This document shows, piece after piece, positions 17,981-64,000 of a stretch of 64,000 nucleotides of DNA. The DNA comes from the human T2T-CHM13v2.0 reference genome, Homo sapiens, in NCBI RefSeq assembly GCF_009914755.1, contig NC_060943.1; one strand, given 5' to 3'. Every line of letters begins with the position of its first letter. The stretch's first letter is position 1. The notes below the pieces were generated by a model. The model was not told the DNA's origin and did no database searches. It saw only the letters and a list, made by a program, of their open reading frames with translations. Both the position numbers and the translations under genes were made by a program.

Positions 17981-18540
17981 TAGCCAGGATGGTATTGATC
18001 TCTTGACCTAGTGATCCGCCCACTTCGGCCTCCAAAGTGCTGGGATTACAGGCATGAGCCACCGTGCCCAGCCTAATTTTTGTATTTTTAGTAGGTTTCA
18101 CCATGTTGGCCAGGCTGGTCTCGAACTCCTAACCTCAGCTGATCTGCCTGCCTTGGCCTCCGAAAGTATTTGGATTACAGGCGTGAGCCACCGCATCTGG
18201 CGGTATTTTTGTTGAAAGCACAGTGTATAATAGGTTATGGCCAGCCTACATGTGGCCTTGTAGGTGTCAGTTCTTGGCAGGGCCCAGTGAATTCCAGGCA
18301 GGGGGCCATCCTGACATGCCTGCCACGTTAAGATTTCAGACATTATCCCCTCCAGCAAGGGAGGATCAGGGCTGTTGGCATAACAAGCATTCTGAGGGTT
18401 AGCTTGCATACCAGTCTCTTCCCAAATGCTGAGTTGCCCCATGTATCCTGTGACATTTGAGAATAGGCTTTCCTCAACTTGGCACAATTTGCCTTTGGAC
18501 CAAGTGCTTTGTCCTGTGCATTCCTTGCTGGATGTTGGCA

Positions 18541-18573
18541 TGCATTCCTAGTGTCGTCCACTAGATGGCAGTG
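18541..18573 (+). promoter_or_regulatory. CTCF binding motif with upstream module
   Basis: Core CCACTAGATGGCAG at 18558-18571, and TGCATTCC at 18541 at a spacing compatible with the ZF9-11 upstream motif. Located in non-repetitive DNA between the miRNA cluster and the NLRP12 3' end. Confidence 0.7.
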
Positions 18574-18950
18574 GCACCCACCCCAGAGCTCAAATATTAC
18601 TATGTTCCGATGCAGCCAGGGCTTGGCAGGGCTGGGTGGCCTCTGAGGGCCCCTACTGGCCATTTTTCACCGTCTCCCTCTGTTGCCCAGGCTGGGGCGC
18701 AGTGATGCAATGACAGCTCACTGCAGCCTCGACCTCCTGGGCTCAAGCGATCTTCCCACCTCAGTCCCCAGAGTAGCTGGGACTACAGGCATGTGCTGCT
18801 ACTCCTGGGTAATTAATTGTACTAATTAATAGTAGTTGGCTAATTAGTAACAGTGGAGTCTTGCTATGTTGCTTAGGCTGGTCTCTAACTCCTAGACTTA
18901 AGCAACCCATCTTGCCTCCACCTTTGAAAGTAAGGGGGTTACAGGCGTGA

Positions 18951-19342
<392 letters not shown>

Positions 19343-19506
19343 AGCTCTGTCAAACATTAATTTGATCCCAAGCAGAGGGACTTTTGATCTCAATCTGCAT
19401 GAGTCTGTCTCTAGGAAGGAGGCTGATCATTATGCTGGGGGGGTGATGAGCACCCTCCCATCTTCCTCTGTCCAGATCTCAGGGGAGAGCCAGCAGATAG
19501 GACCAT

Positions 19507-49978
<30,472 letters not shown>

Positions 49979-50400
49979 GGGGGTGCCGTGAGCCCCAAAG
50001 GAGAGGACCTGGAGGCTGAGATGCTCCTATGCACGGGACACAGGGCGACCCCAGCACACCTTCCATTGCATCATTCACAGGCAGCGGGCGGAGAGGCTGA
50101 GCCAGTGGTTGGAGGAGTGAGCAAGGGAGGAAAGACCTTTTGCTGAAATAATGCTTTCTCACTCTTCAGTTCCCTCCTGCCCTGCCCCACTCACCAATGG
50201 CTGTTCTGGGTGGAGAAGAGGAAGTTCGGGGGGAGATTAAGAAATCCGAGGAGCCACTTGGCTGATGAAAAAGATTTTCACTTCTGCTGTCTCTTCCTGG
50301 ATCTCTTGACAAAACAGTCACTCTCTTTCCGCTTTCCTCTTGTTTTCCTCATTTCACTAGTGTGTGTGGTAGAGTGTATTATCAAAACTGCGACTGCGCC
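49979..50400 (-). promoter_or_regulatory. NLRP12: NLRP12 5'UTR and myeloid-type proximal promoter
   Basis: PU.1-type AAGAGGAAGT ending at 50225, C/EBP-like TTGCTGAAAT 50141-50150, CCAAT 50194-50198, IRF/PRDM1-like GAAAG/GAAGTGAAA motifs on the minus strand (about 50154-50166, 50276-50284, 50323-50337), RUNX TGTGGT 50365-50370. Confidence 0.6.
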
Positions 50401-50527
50401 TCTTCCAGGGAGAATTTTGTTTTTTTTGAGACAGAGTCTTACTCTGTGGCCCTGGCTCTGCGATCTTGGCTCACCGCAACCTCTGCCTCCCAGGTTCAAG
50501 CGATTCTCCCACCTCAGCTTCCCTTGA

Positions 50528-50993
<466 letters not shown>

Positions 50994-51087
50994 TGAGCCC
51001 AGCCTCAGGGAGAATTATTAAGGACCTCACGTAGGTCTGCTATTTTTTTTCTGTTCTCTCAGTCACAAGAGTGGCATGAGAGGGACT

Positions 51088-51610
<523 letters not shown>

Positions 51611-51841
51611 TGGGTGCAATGGCTCATGCCTGTAATCCTAGCACTTGGGGAGGCCAAGGCAGGTAGATCACCTGAGGCCAGGAGTTTCACACCAGACTGG
51701 TCAACACAGTGAGGCCCCATCTCTACAAAATATGTGTTAGCAGAATTTATGAATTCTGATGGAAGAGCAAGTTTATAATTCCCTCTGTCTCCTGCATCAT
51801 GCCAACTTTGTTTCATGCTCCTAATCAATTAAGACCCCTCA

Positions 51842-51842
<1 letters not shown>

Positions 51843-51894
<52 letters not shown>
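51843..51894. repeat. (CA)n microsatellite, about 26 units
   Basis: Directly visible. Confidence 0.97.
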
Positions 51895-51899
<5 letters not shown>

Positions 51900-51905
51900 C
51901 CTTCA

Positions 51906-52247
<342 letters not shown>

Positions 52248-52995
52248 TCAGGAGGCTGGGGCAGGAAAATCACTTGAACTCAGGAGGCGGAGGTTGCAAT
52301 GAGCCAAGATCCCGCCATTGCACTCCAGCCTGGGTGACAGAGTAAGACTCCGTCTCAAAACAAAACAAAAAAAACCTTCACAGCTTTTTATGAGACATTC
52401 TCCCACATCCAGTCCCTTCCAGGACTAATATTCTGTTGCATGGCATGCAGCAGTTTTGAGCAGGGGAGGGATGGAGTCAGGTCTGGGTTAAGGAAGATTC
52501 CTCAAGGCCCTTGTGGAAGGCAGACCAAACAGAGGAGGCCTGGATTGGGAGAGCGAGAAGCTGAAGCCTTCATGTTTCAGGAGATGGAGATAATGCCTGA
52601 GTAAGGGCAGGCGGTGGGTGCATCCTGGGAGTGTGGGGATGGCAGTGATCATTAGAGGGGAGGAGAAAGGTTTGGCAAACCTGAACTACCTACAGACCCC
52701 ATCTGAGCTTCCTCAAGTGGCTCACGACGCAGGCTCCTTCCACGCCACTGCTGCAGGTGGTGGTAAAACTAATTTCTAGGAATTCGGAAGCGAGGCTTGG
52801 GGGAAGCTGAATCCACATCTGTCTACTTCATGCTTCCACTTTCAAGATAGAACTTTCTCATGGGGAAAGAAGAGAATTGGCAACTTCTATAGCTGCTTCT
52901 GGGCTTAGTGCCATTTCTGGAAACACAAGAATGAATCTAAAGACAAGGAATGCCATTTTCCTTTTTTTTTCTTTTTTTTTTTTTGTTTTTAGTAG

Positions 52996-53374
<379 letters not shown>

Positions 53375-53412
53375 TCACTGCATTCCAGGCTGGGTAACAG
53401 AGACACCATCTC

Positions 53413-53443
<31 letters not shown>

Positions 53444-53804
53444 AGAAGTTGTCACCACCACCTGCTTGCCACTCCCTTGAATTCTTTCCTGTGTGAAGCC
53501 AAGAACTATCCCGGGGTAAGCCCTGTTTTGGGGCCTCACTTGCCTAGCATCACAAGGATAAACCCATTCAAAGCAGGTGCTAATTTGCCCTGTTGGTTTT
53601 CAACTAGAAGAGAAATTATTATCATCAGGGACATTTATAAAAATTATATATAGAAGGCTGGGTGTGGTGGCTCACGCCTGTAGTCCCAGCACTTTCGGAG
53701 GCCAAGGTGGGCAGATCACTTGAGGTCAGGAGTTTGAGACCAGCCCGGCCAACATGGCGAAACCCCGTCTCTACTAAAAATACAAAAATTAGCCGGATGT
53801 GCTA

Positions 53805-54239
<435 letters not shown>

Positions 54240-54312
54240 TCAGGATCTTGGTGGGGCAGGGGCCATCAAACATATGTTTCTTTTTCCTTTTTTTCTTATA
54301 TTAATTTTTTGA

Positions 54313-54462
<150 letters not shown>

Positions 54463-54891
54463 TAGTGATTCTGCTGAGAAACATTTCTCTGTGTTAGTAC
54501 TAGAAAGGCACAGAGAAATGCTTGTTTTTCTATCAGCAGAATTTCCCTTTTGCCATTCCGGAAGAGACCTGTTTCCTTTGAGGGAATACTTTGAGAAGTC
54601 ACTTGAGTATGAAATCTGTTAACTGGAGAAATTTTGCAGTATGGTGTTTGCTTGTTTGCAGGTAAAACTAAATCATTCAGGATAAAAAGGCATTTTAGAA
54701 GCCACGTGGGGAAAGGCAGAAGGAAAGGAAATAGGAGGTGTCAGGTGCCTGGGAAGAACATTTGGAGGGTTTATGGAGATGAGTAATAGGAATTTAAATT
54801 GCTTTACTATATGGTGTACGATGAAAACTGTCTTCTACCCCAACCAAACCCATCATCAGTAAAACCTATGCTGCTCGCTAGCACGTTGTGA

Positions 54892-55044
<153 letters not shown>

Positions 55045-55669
55045 TAGCTGGGACCACAGGCGCGTGCCACTACACCCGGCTAATTTTTGTATTTTTAGTA
55101 GAGACAGGGTTTCACTGTGTTGGTCAGGCTGGTCTCAAACTCCTGACCTCAGGTGATCTACCTGCCTCGGCCTCCCAAAGTGCTGGGATTACAGGCGTGA
55201 GCCACCATGCCTGGCCTGATTTGCTTTTACAGGCAGTGTGACAAAATGGTGTCTCTAACTGGCATTGAATGACTGTCCCGTGGGAGGCCACATCTGAGGT
55301 TTCTGTGCCTCTTTGTTGTCACATAGAGAGGATACCGAGTGCTACCCACTGTTCCCATGACCATCACCAGCATCACTAGCTCACCACGAACTGGCTAGAA
55401 AATGGAAATCATCATTCTCCACCTATGAATGGGGAAACTGAGGCTGAGAGGGAAGCTCTGAGTGTGTGGCCTACACAGCAGTGCTGGAAAATGATGGAGA
55501 CGACTCTGAAAGCCAGTTCTGGCTCCAAACTTCAAGCAGCTAAAATCCTCATCAGCTTGTACAATGAGGCCAACCCTCCAATTTGAAAGAGGGATAGACT
55601 GAGGTCCAAAGTAGCAAAGTCACCTGCAGACCATCATATAGCACTCAAAAGTTGCCCAGGGGCTGCTAG

Positions 55670-55903
<234 letters not shown>

Positions 55904-56183
55904 TGATCCACCCGCCTCGGCCTTCCAAAGTGCTGGGGTTACAGGCGTGAGCCACCGCGCCCAGCCACAGTCACTTTCATCAGGGCCTGAGTGTAGGGGT
56001 TGTGAAACTTCCTCCCCTGTGAGCTATGTCCTCACTTTTACCACAGACCCTGGCAGGAAACATCCTGGCTGTGACTTTCCCTGTGGGTTTTAGGAACAGT
56101 TGCACAGGGTCCAGCCCCACCACAGGCTCCACTACCCTTGCCCTGATCAATCGGGAAGATTCAGCCACAGCTGATGGTACTAA

Positions 56184-56498
<315 letters not shown>

Positions 56499-56581
56499 TA
56501 AAACTTAGTATCAGGGAGAAGTAGGTGGCACTTAAAGAAAATGTATTATGTTCCTTCCTTCTCAGACCAATAATCTCCCTC

Positions 56582-56830
56582 TGTATTAGCTAAGTTTCCT
56601 CAGAGAAACAGAATCAATGGAAGGGAGACATCCACACACAGAGAGTTAGAGAGAAAGGGATTTATTATGGGGACTGGCTCACAGGCATGCAGAGCCCTAG
56701 GAGTTGCACCATCTGCCAGCTGCCAGCTGTAGAAGCAGGAAAGCTGGTGTGGAATTCACTCCAGGACCAAAGGCCTGGGAACCAGGAGCTCCGATGTCCT
56801 AGGGCAAGAGAAGATGGACTTTCCAGTTTA
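56582..56830. mobile_element. MLT2 (ERVL) LTR fragment
   Basis: TGTATTAG...CAGAGAAACAGAA.CAAT...GATTTATTATGGGGA.TGGCTCAC...CCATCTGCCAGCTG...CCAAAGGCCTG.GAACCAGG. Confidence 0.7.
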
Positions 56831-57211
56831 AAAAAAGAGGGCAGGCTGGGCGTGGCAGCTCACGCCTGTAATCCCAGCACTTTGGGAGGCCGAGGTGGGC
56901 AGATTACCTGAGGTCAGGAGTTCGAGCTCCACCTGACCAACATGGAGAAACCCCATCTCTACTAAAAATACAAAATTAGCTGGGTGTGGTGGCACATGCC
57001 TGTAATCCCAGTTACTCGGGAGGCTGAGGCAGGAGGATCGCTTGGACTCAGGAGGCGGAGGTTGCGGTGAGCCAAGATAGCACCATAGTACTCCAGCCTG
57101 GGCAAAAAAAAGGGCAGGCCGGGCGCAGTGTCTCAAACCTGTAATCCTAGCATTTTGGGAGGATGAGCCAGGAGGATTGCTCGAGCCCAGGAGTTTGAGA
57201 CCAGCCTGGGC

Positions 57212-57664
57212 TGTCAGGCCTCTGAGCCCAAGCCAAGCCATCGCATCCCCTGTGACCTGCACGTATACGCCCAGATGGCCTGAAGTAACTAAAGAATCAC
57301 AAAAGAAGTGAATATGCCCTGCCCCACCTTAACTGATGACATTCCACCACAAAAGAAGTGTAAATGGCCGGTCCTTGCCTTAACTGATGACATTACCTTG
57401 TGAAAGTCCTTTTCCTGGCTCATCCTGGCTCAAGAAGCTCCCCCACTGAGCACCTTGCGACCCCCACTCCTACCCACCAGAGAACAAACCCCCTTTGACT
57501 GTAATTTTCCTTTACCTACCCAAATCCTATAAAACGGCCCCACCCTTATCTCCCTTCGCTGACTCTCTTTTCGGACTCAGCCCACCTGCACCCAGGTGAA
57601 ATAAACAGCTTTATTGCTCACACAAAGCCTGTTTGGTGGTCTCTTCACACGGACGCGCATGAAA
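57212..57664 (+). promoter_or_regulatory. HERV-H 5' LTR (453 bp, LTR7Y-type U3)
   Basis: U3 repeats AAAAGAAGTGAATATGCCCTGCCCCACCTTAACTGATGACATTCCACCAC / AAAAGAAGTGTAAATGGCCGG, TATAAAA at about 57528, AATAAA at 57600-57605. Confidence 0.9.
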
Positions 57665-57666
57665 TT

Positions 57667-57684
57667 TGGTGCCGTGACTCGGAT
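57667..57684 (+). other. Primer binding site complementary to the tRNA-His 3' end
   Basis: TGGTGCCGTGACTCGGAT directly after the 5' LTR. Confidence 0.93.
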
Positions 57685-58429
57685 CGGGGGACCTCCCTTG
57701 GGAGATCAATCCCCTGTCCTCCTGCTCTTTGCTCCGTGAGAAACATCCACTTACGACCTCAGGTCCTCAGACCGACCAGCCCAAGAAACATCTCACCAAT
57801 TTCAAATCTGGTAAGCGGCCTCTTTTTACTCTCTTCTCCAACCTCCCTCACTATCCCTCAACCTCTTTCTCCTTTCAATCTTGGCGCCACACTTCAATCT
57901 CTCCCTTCTCTTAATTTCAATTCCTTTCATTTTCTGGTAGAGACAAAAGAGACACGTTTTATCCGTGAACCCAAAACTCCGGCGCCGGTCACGGACTGGG
58001 AAGGCAGCCTTCCCTTGGCGTTTAATCATTACAGGGACGCCTCTCTGATTATACACTCACATTTCAAGGGTGTCAGACCACGCAGGGACGCCTGCCTTGG
58101 TCCTTCACCCTCAGCGGCAAGTCCCGCTTTCCTAGGGGGCAAGAACCCCCCAATCGCTTATTTCCGCACCCCAACCTCTTATCTCTGCGCCCCAATCCCT
58201 TATTTCCACACCCTGACCTCTTATCTGTGTGCCCCAATCCCTTATTTCCGTGCCCCAACCCCTTCTCTGCTTTCCTGGAGGGCAAGAACCCCCCACCCCT
58301 TCTCCGTGTCTCTACTCTTTTCTCTGGGCTTTCCTCCTTCACTATAGGTAAGTTTCCACCTTCCATTCCTCCTTCTCCCTTAGCCTGTGTTCTCAAAAAC
58401 TTAAAACCTCTTCAACTCACACCTGACCT

Positions 58430-61400
58430 AAAACCTAAATGCCTTATTTTCTTCTGCAATGCCGCTTGACCCCAGTACAAACTGGACAGCAGTTCCAAAT
58501 AGCCGGAAAACGGCACTTTCAATTTTTCCATCCTGCAAGATCTAAATAATTCTTGTCGTAAAATGGGCAAATGGTCTGAGGTGCCTGACGTCCAGGCATT
58601 CTTTTACACATCAGTCCCTTCCTAGTCTCTGTGCCCAGTGCAACTCGTCCCAAATCTTCCTTCTTTCCCTCCCGCCTGTCCCCTCAGTACCAACCCCAAG
58701 CGTCGCTGAGTCTTTCTAATCTTCCTTTTCTACAGACCCGTCTGACCTCTCCCCTCCTCGCCAGGCCGAGCTAGGTCCCAATTCTTCCTCAGCCTCCGCT
58801 CCTCCACCCTATAATCCTTCTACCACCTCCCCTCCTCACACCCGGCCCGGCTTACAGTTTAGTTCCGCGACTAGCTCCTCCCCACCTGCCCAAGAATTTC
58901 CTCTTAGAGAGGTGGCTGGAGCTGAAGGCAGTCAGGGTACATGTACCTTTTTCTCTATCACGCCTCTCTCAGATCAGTCAACGTTTAGGCACTTTCTCAT
59001 CAGACCCCACTAAACATATACAGGAATTCCAATATCTAACTCTGTCCTACAACAACCTGGAGTGACTTAAATGTCATCCTGACTTCTACCCTCTCCCCAG
59101 ATGAACGGGAAAGAGTTTGTTCTCTAGCCCAATCTCATGCTGCTAACCACTGGCTTCATGAGCCAGACCTCCAGGAAGGCATTAGAGCAGTTCCCCGAGA
59201 GGATCCCCAGTGGAACTACCAGGCAAATTCCCCAGGTATAGCTAGGCGAGATTACATGGTTTCCTGCCTAGTTGAAGGGCTTAAAAAAGCAGCTTACAAA
59301 GCTGTTCATTATGACAAACTTAAAGAAACTACCCAAGGTAAAGATGAAAACCCAGCCCAGGTCATGGCTCGTTTGGCAGCAACCTTTAGACGCTATACCG
59401 CCCTAGACCCTAAAAGGTCAAAAGGCCGTCTTATTCTCAACATACATTTTATTACCCAATCTGCTCCCGACATGAAATAAAACTCCAAAAACTGGAATCT
59501 GGCCCTCGAACCCCACAACGGGACTTAATTAACCTCACCTTCAAGGTGTGTAATAACAGAAAAAAGTTGCAATTCCTTGCCTCCACTGTGAGACAAACCC
59601 CAGCCACATCTCCAGCACACAAGAACTTCCAAATGCCTGAACTGTAGCAGCCAGGCGTTCCTCCAGAACCTTCTTCCCCCAGGAACTTGCTACACATGCT
59701 GGAAATCTGGCCACTGGGCCAAGGAACGCCCGCAGCCCGGGATTCCTCCTAAGCCGCGTCCCATCTGTGTGGGACCCCACTGAAAATCGGACTGTTCAAC
59801 TCACCTGGCAGCCACTCCCAGAGCCCCTGGAACTCTAGCCCAGGGCTCTCTGACTGACTCCTTCTCGGCTTACCGGCTGAAGACTGATGCTGCCTGATCG
59901 CCTCAGAAGCCCCGTAGACCATCACGGATGCCGAGCTTTAGGTAACTCACAGTGGAGGGTAAGTCTGTCCCCTTCTTAATCAGTACGGAGGCTACCCACT
60001 CCACATTACCTTCTTTTCAAGGGTCTGTTTCCCTTGCCTCCATAACTGTTGTGGGTATTGACAGCCAGGCTTCTAAGCCTCTTAAAACTCCCCCAATTCT
60101 GGTGCCAATTAGACAATACTCTTTCAAGCACTCGTTTTCAGTTATCCCCACCTGCCCAGTTCCCTTATTAGGCTGAGACACTTTAACTAAATTATCTGCT
60201 TCCCTGACTGTTCCTGGACTACAGCTATATCTCATTGCCGCCCTTCTTCCCAATCCAAAGCCTCCTTTGTGTCCTCCTCTTGTATCCCCCCACCTTAACC
60301 CACGAGTATAAGATACCTCTACTCCCTCCTTGGCGACCGATCATGCACCCCTTACCATCTCATTAAAACCTAATCACCCTTACCCCACTCAACGCCAATA
60401 TCCCATTCCGCAGCACGCTTTAAAAAGATTAAAGCCTGTTATCACTCGCCTGCTACAGCATAGCCTTTTAAAGCCTATAAACTCTCCTTACAATTCCCCC
60501 ATTTTACCTGTCCTAAAACCAGACAAGCCTTACAAGTTAGTTCAGGATCTGCACCTTATCAACCAAATTGTTTTGCCTATCCACCGCGTGGTGCCAAACC
60601 CATATACTCTCCTATCCTCAGTACCTGCCTCTACAACCCATTATTCTGTTCTGGATCTCACACATGCTTTCTTTACTATTCCTTTGCACCCTTCATCCCA
60701 GCCTCTCTTCGCTTTCACTTGGACTGACCCTGACACCCATTAGGCTCAGCAAATTACCTGGGCTGTACTGCCGCAAGGCTTCACAGACAGCCCCCATTAC
60801 TTCAGTCAAGCCCAAATTTCATCCTCATCTGTTACCTATCTGGGCATAATTCTCATAAAAACGCACGTGCTCTCCCTGCCAATCGTGTCCTAGTGATCTC
60901 TCAAACCCCAGCACCTTCTACAAAACAACTCCTTTCCTTCCTAGGCATGGTTAGCGTGGTCAGAATTCTTACACAAGAGCCAGGACTGCACCCTGTAGCC
61001 TTTCTGTCCAAACAACTTGACCTTACTGTTTTAGCCTAGCCCTCATGTCTGCGTGCAGGGGCTGCCGCTGCATTAATACTTTTAGAGGCCCTCAAAATCA
61101 CAAACTATGCTCAACTCACTCTCTACAGTTCTCATAACTTCCAAAATCTATTTTCTTCCTCATACCTGACGCATATACTTTCTGCTTCCCGGCTCCTTCA
61201 GCTGCACTCACTCTTTGTTGAGTCCCACAATTACCATTGTTCCTGGCCCGGACTTCAATCCAGCCTCCCACATTATTCCAGGTACCACACCTGACCCCCA
61301 TGACTGTATCTCTCTGATCCACCTGACATTCACCTCATTTCCCCAAATTTCCTTCTTTCCTGTTCCTCACCCTGATCACGCTTGATTTATTGATGGTGGT

Positions 61401-62100
61401 TCCACCAGGCCTAATCGCCACACACCAGCAAAGGCAGGTTATGCTATAGTACAAGCCACTAGCCTGCCTCTTAGAACCTCTCATTTCCTTTCCATCGTGG
61501 AAATCTATCCTCAAGGAAATAACTTCTCAGTGTTCCATCTGCTATTCTACTACTCCTCAGGGATTATTCAGGCCCCCCTCCCTTCCCTACACATCAAGCT
61601 CGAGGATTTGCCCCACTCAGGACTGGCAAATTAGCTTTACTCAACATGCCCTGAGTCAGATAACTAAAATACCTCTTAGTCTAGATAAATACTTTCACTG
61701 GATAGGTAGAGGCCTTTCCTACAGGGTCTGAGAAACCACCGCAGTCATTTCTTCCCTCCTGTCAGACATAATTCCTCAGTTTAGCCTTCCCACCTCTATA
61801 CAGTCTGATAACAGATGAGCCTTTATTAGTCAAATCAGCCAAGCAGTTTTTCAGGCTCTTAGTATTCAGTGAAACCTTTATATCCCTACGGTCCTCCGTC
61901 TTCAAGAATATTAGAATGGACTAAAGGTCTTTTAAAAACACACCTCACCAAGCTCAGTCACCAACTTAAAAAGGACTGGACAATACTTTTACCACTTTCC
62001 CTTCTCAGAATTCAGGCCTGTCCTGGGAATGCTACAGGGTACAGCCCATTTAAGCTCCTGTATAGACGCTCCTTTTTATTAGGCCCCAGTCTCATTCGAC
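58430..62100 (+). pseudogene. Defective HERV-H gag-pro-pol remnants
   Basis: Capsid MHR-like TTQGKDENPAQVMARL, mutated zinc knuckle CYTCWKSGHWAKERP (about 59688), protease-like FLISTEATHS, RT N-terminus SPYNSPILPVLKP..LVQDL..LDL..AFFTIPL and LPQGF.DSP followed by a deletion, and integrase pieces. Multiple stops and frameshifts; env largely absent. Confidence 0.88.
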
Positions 62101-62705
62101 ACCAGACCAACTTAGACTGTGCCCCAAAAAATACTTGTCATCCCTACTATCTTCTGTCTAATCATACTCCTATTCACCATTCTCAACTACTCATACATGC
62201 CCTGCTCTTGTTTACACGGCCGGTTTACACTGTTTTTCCAAGCCATCACAGCTGATATCTCTTGGTGCTATCCCCAAACTGCCACTCTTAACTCTTGAAG
62301 TAAATAAATAATCTTTGCTGGCAGGACTATGCTGAATCTCCTTAGGCACTCTCTAATCAGATATCCTGAGTCATCCCAATTCTTAGACCTTTTATACCTG
62401 TTTTTCTCCTTCTGTTATTCCATTTAGTTTTTCAATTCATACAAAACCGTATCCAGGCCATCATCAATCATTCTATACGACAAACGTTTCTTCTAACATC
62501 CCCACAATATCACCCCTCACCACAAGACCTCCCTTCAGCTTAATCTCTCCCACTCTAGGTTCCCACGCCGCCCCTAATCCCGCTTGAAGCAGCCCTGAGA
62601 AACATCGCCCGTTCTCTCTCCATACCACCCCCCAAAAATGTTCGCCGCCCCAACACTTCAACACTATTTTGTTTTATTTTTCTTATTAATATAAGAAGGC
62701 AGGAA

Positions 62706-63400
<695 letters not shown>

Positions 63401-63608
63401 TCACTTGGCCAAGGTCACACAGCCATGAGGTACAGGGGCAAACAATGGACTTGGGCCACACTAATCGCAGCCGTCACCCCTACTCTGTCACATACAGGCA
63501 TCTGTGTAAAAATAAAATAAAATTACAATTACAAAAATAAAGTAGGGCCAGGTGCGATGGCTCATGCCTGTAACCCCAGCACTTTGGGAGGCCGAGGCGG
63601 GTGGATCA

Positions 63609-63825
<217 letters not shown>

Positions 63826-63857
63826 TCAAATAAGTAAATAAATAAAATAAAATCAAA

Positions 63858-64000
63858 ATAGACCTACCATTTGATGCAGCAATCCCACTCCTGGGTGTCT
63901 ACCCAGCGGAAAAGAAGTCATTATACAGAAAAGATACTTGCACACACATGTTCATTGCCACAATTTGTAATTGCAAAAATATGGAACCAGCCCAAATGCC
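63858..64000 (+). mobile_element. L1 fragment continuing beyond the window
   Basis: TAGACCTACCATTTGAT.CAGCAATCCCACTCCTGGGT.TCTACCCA...AAAGA.ACTTGCACAC..ATGTT.ATTGC...TGCAAAAATATGGAACCAGCCCAAATGCC. Confidence 0.85.

Noticed and set aside
18098-18663. 147-aa and 106-aa minus-strand ORFs downstream of NLRP12
   Set aside because: No recognisable domain. One runs into an Alu, and lengths are within chance expectation.
57736-58347. 203-aa ORF and short tandem repeats in the HERV-H leader
   Set aside because: Non-ATG start. The pyrimidine-rich leader repeats are ordinary for HERV-H and the product resembles no retroviral protein.
60330-60860. Possible functional reverse transcriptase
   Set aside because: In-frame stop at 60741-60743, and the catalytic YxDD region is deleted.

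Overview
Human DNA matching chr19q13.42, extremely Alu-dense. Recognisable content from left to right: the end of an ERV1 LTR (LTR6/HERV-T-like) inserted in an Alu, a full-length processed RPLP1 pseudogene with TSDs, and the pluripotency miRNA cluster miR-371a/371b/372/373 (+ strand) with a TATA/TCF promoter. Next come a strong CTCF motif and the complete 10-exon NLRP12 gene on the minus strand (3186-nt CDS, 1061 aa, six 171-nt LRR exons, Val39 allele). The window ends with an internally deleted HERV-H provirus (two 453-bp LTR7Y-type LTRs, TGGGC TSD, tRNA-His PBS) inserted in an Alu about 7 kb upstream of NLRP12. Almost all other ORFs in the track are Alu or microsatellite artefacts. I found no wholly new gene system. 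The most interesting leads are: an orphan miR-291a/miR-302-like 3p arm just upstream of pre-miR-371 that is also an 8mer target site on the antisense strand; an Alu in the NLRP12 3'UTR supplying both a miR-372/373 seed site and a mutated AATAAA; a strong-Kozak overlapping uORF in NLRP12; and clustering of 7 of 8 LTR-LTR mismatches in 65 bp of the HERV-H R/U5 region. Family and reference-sequence identifications are from memory, not database searches.
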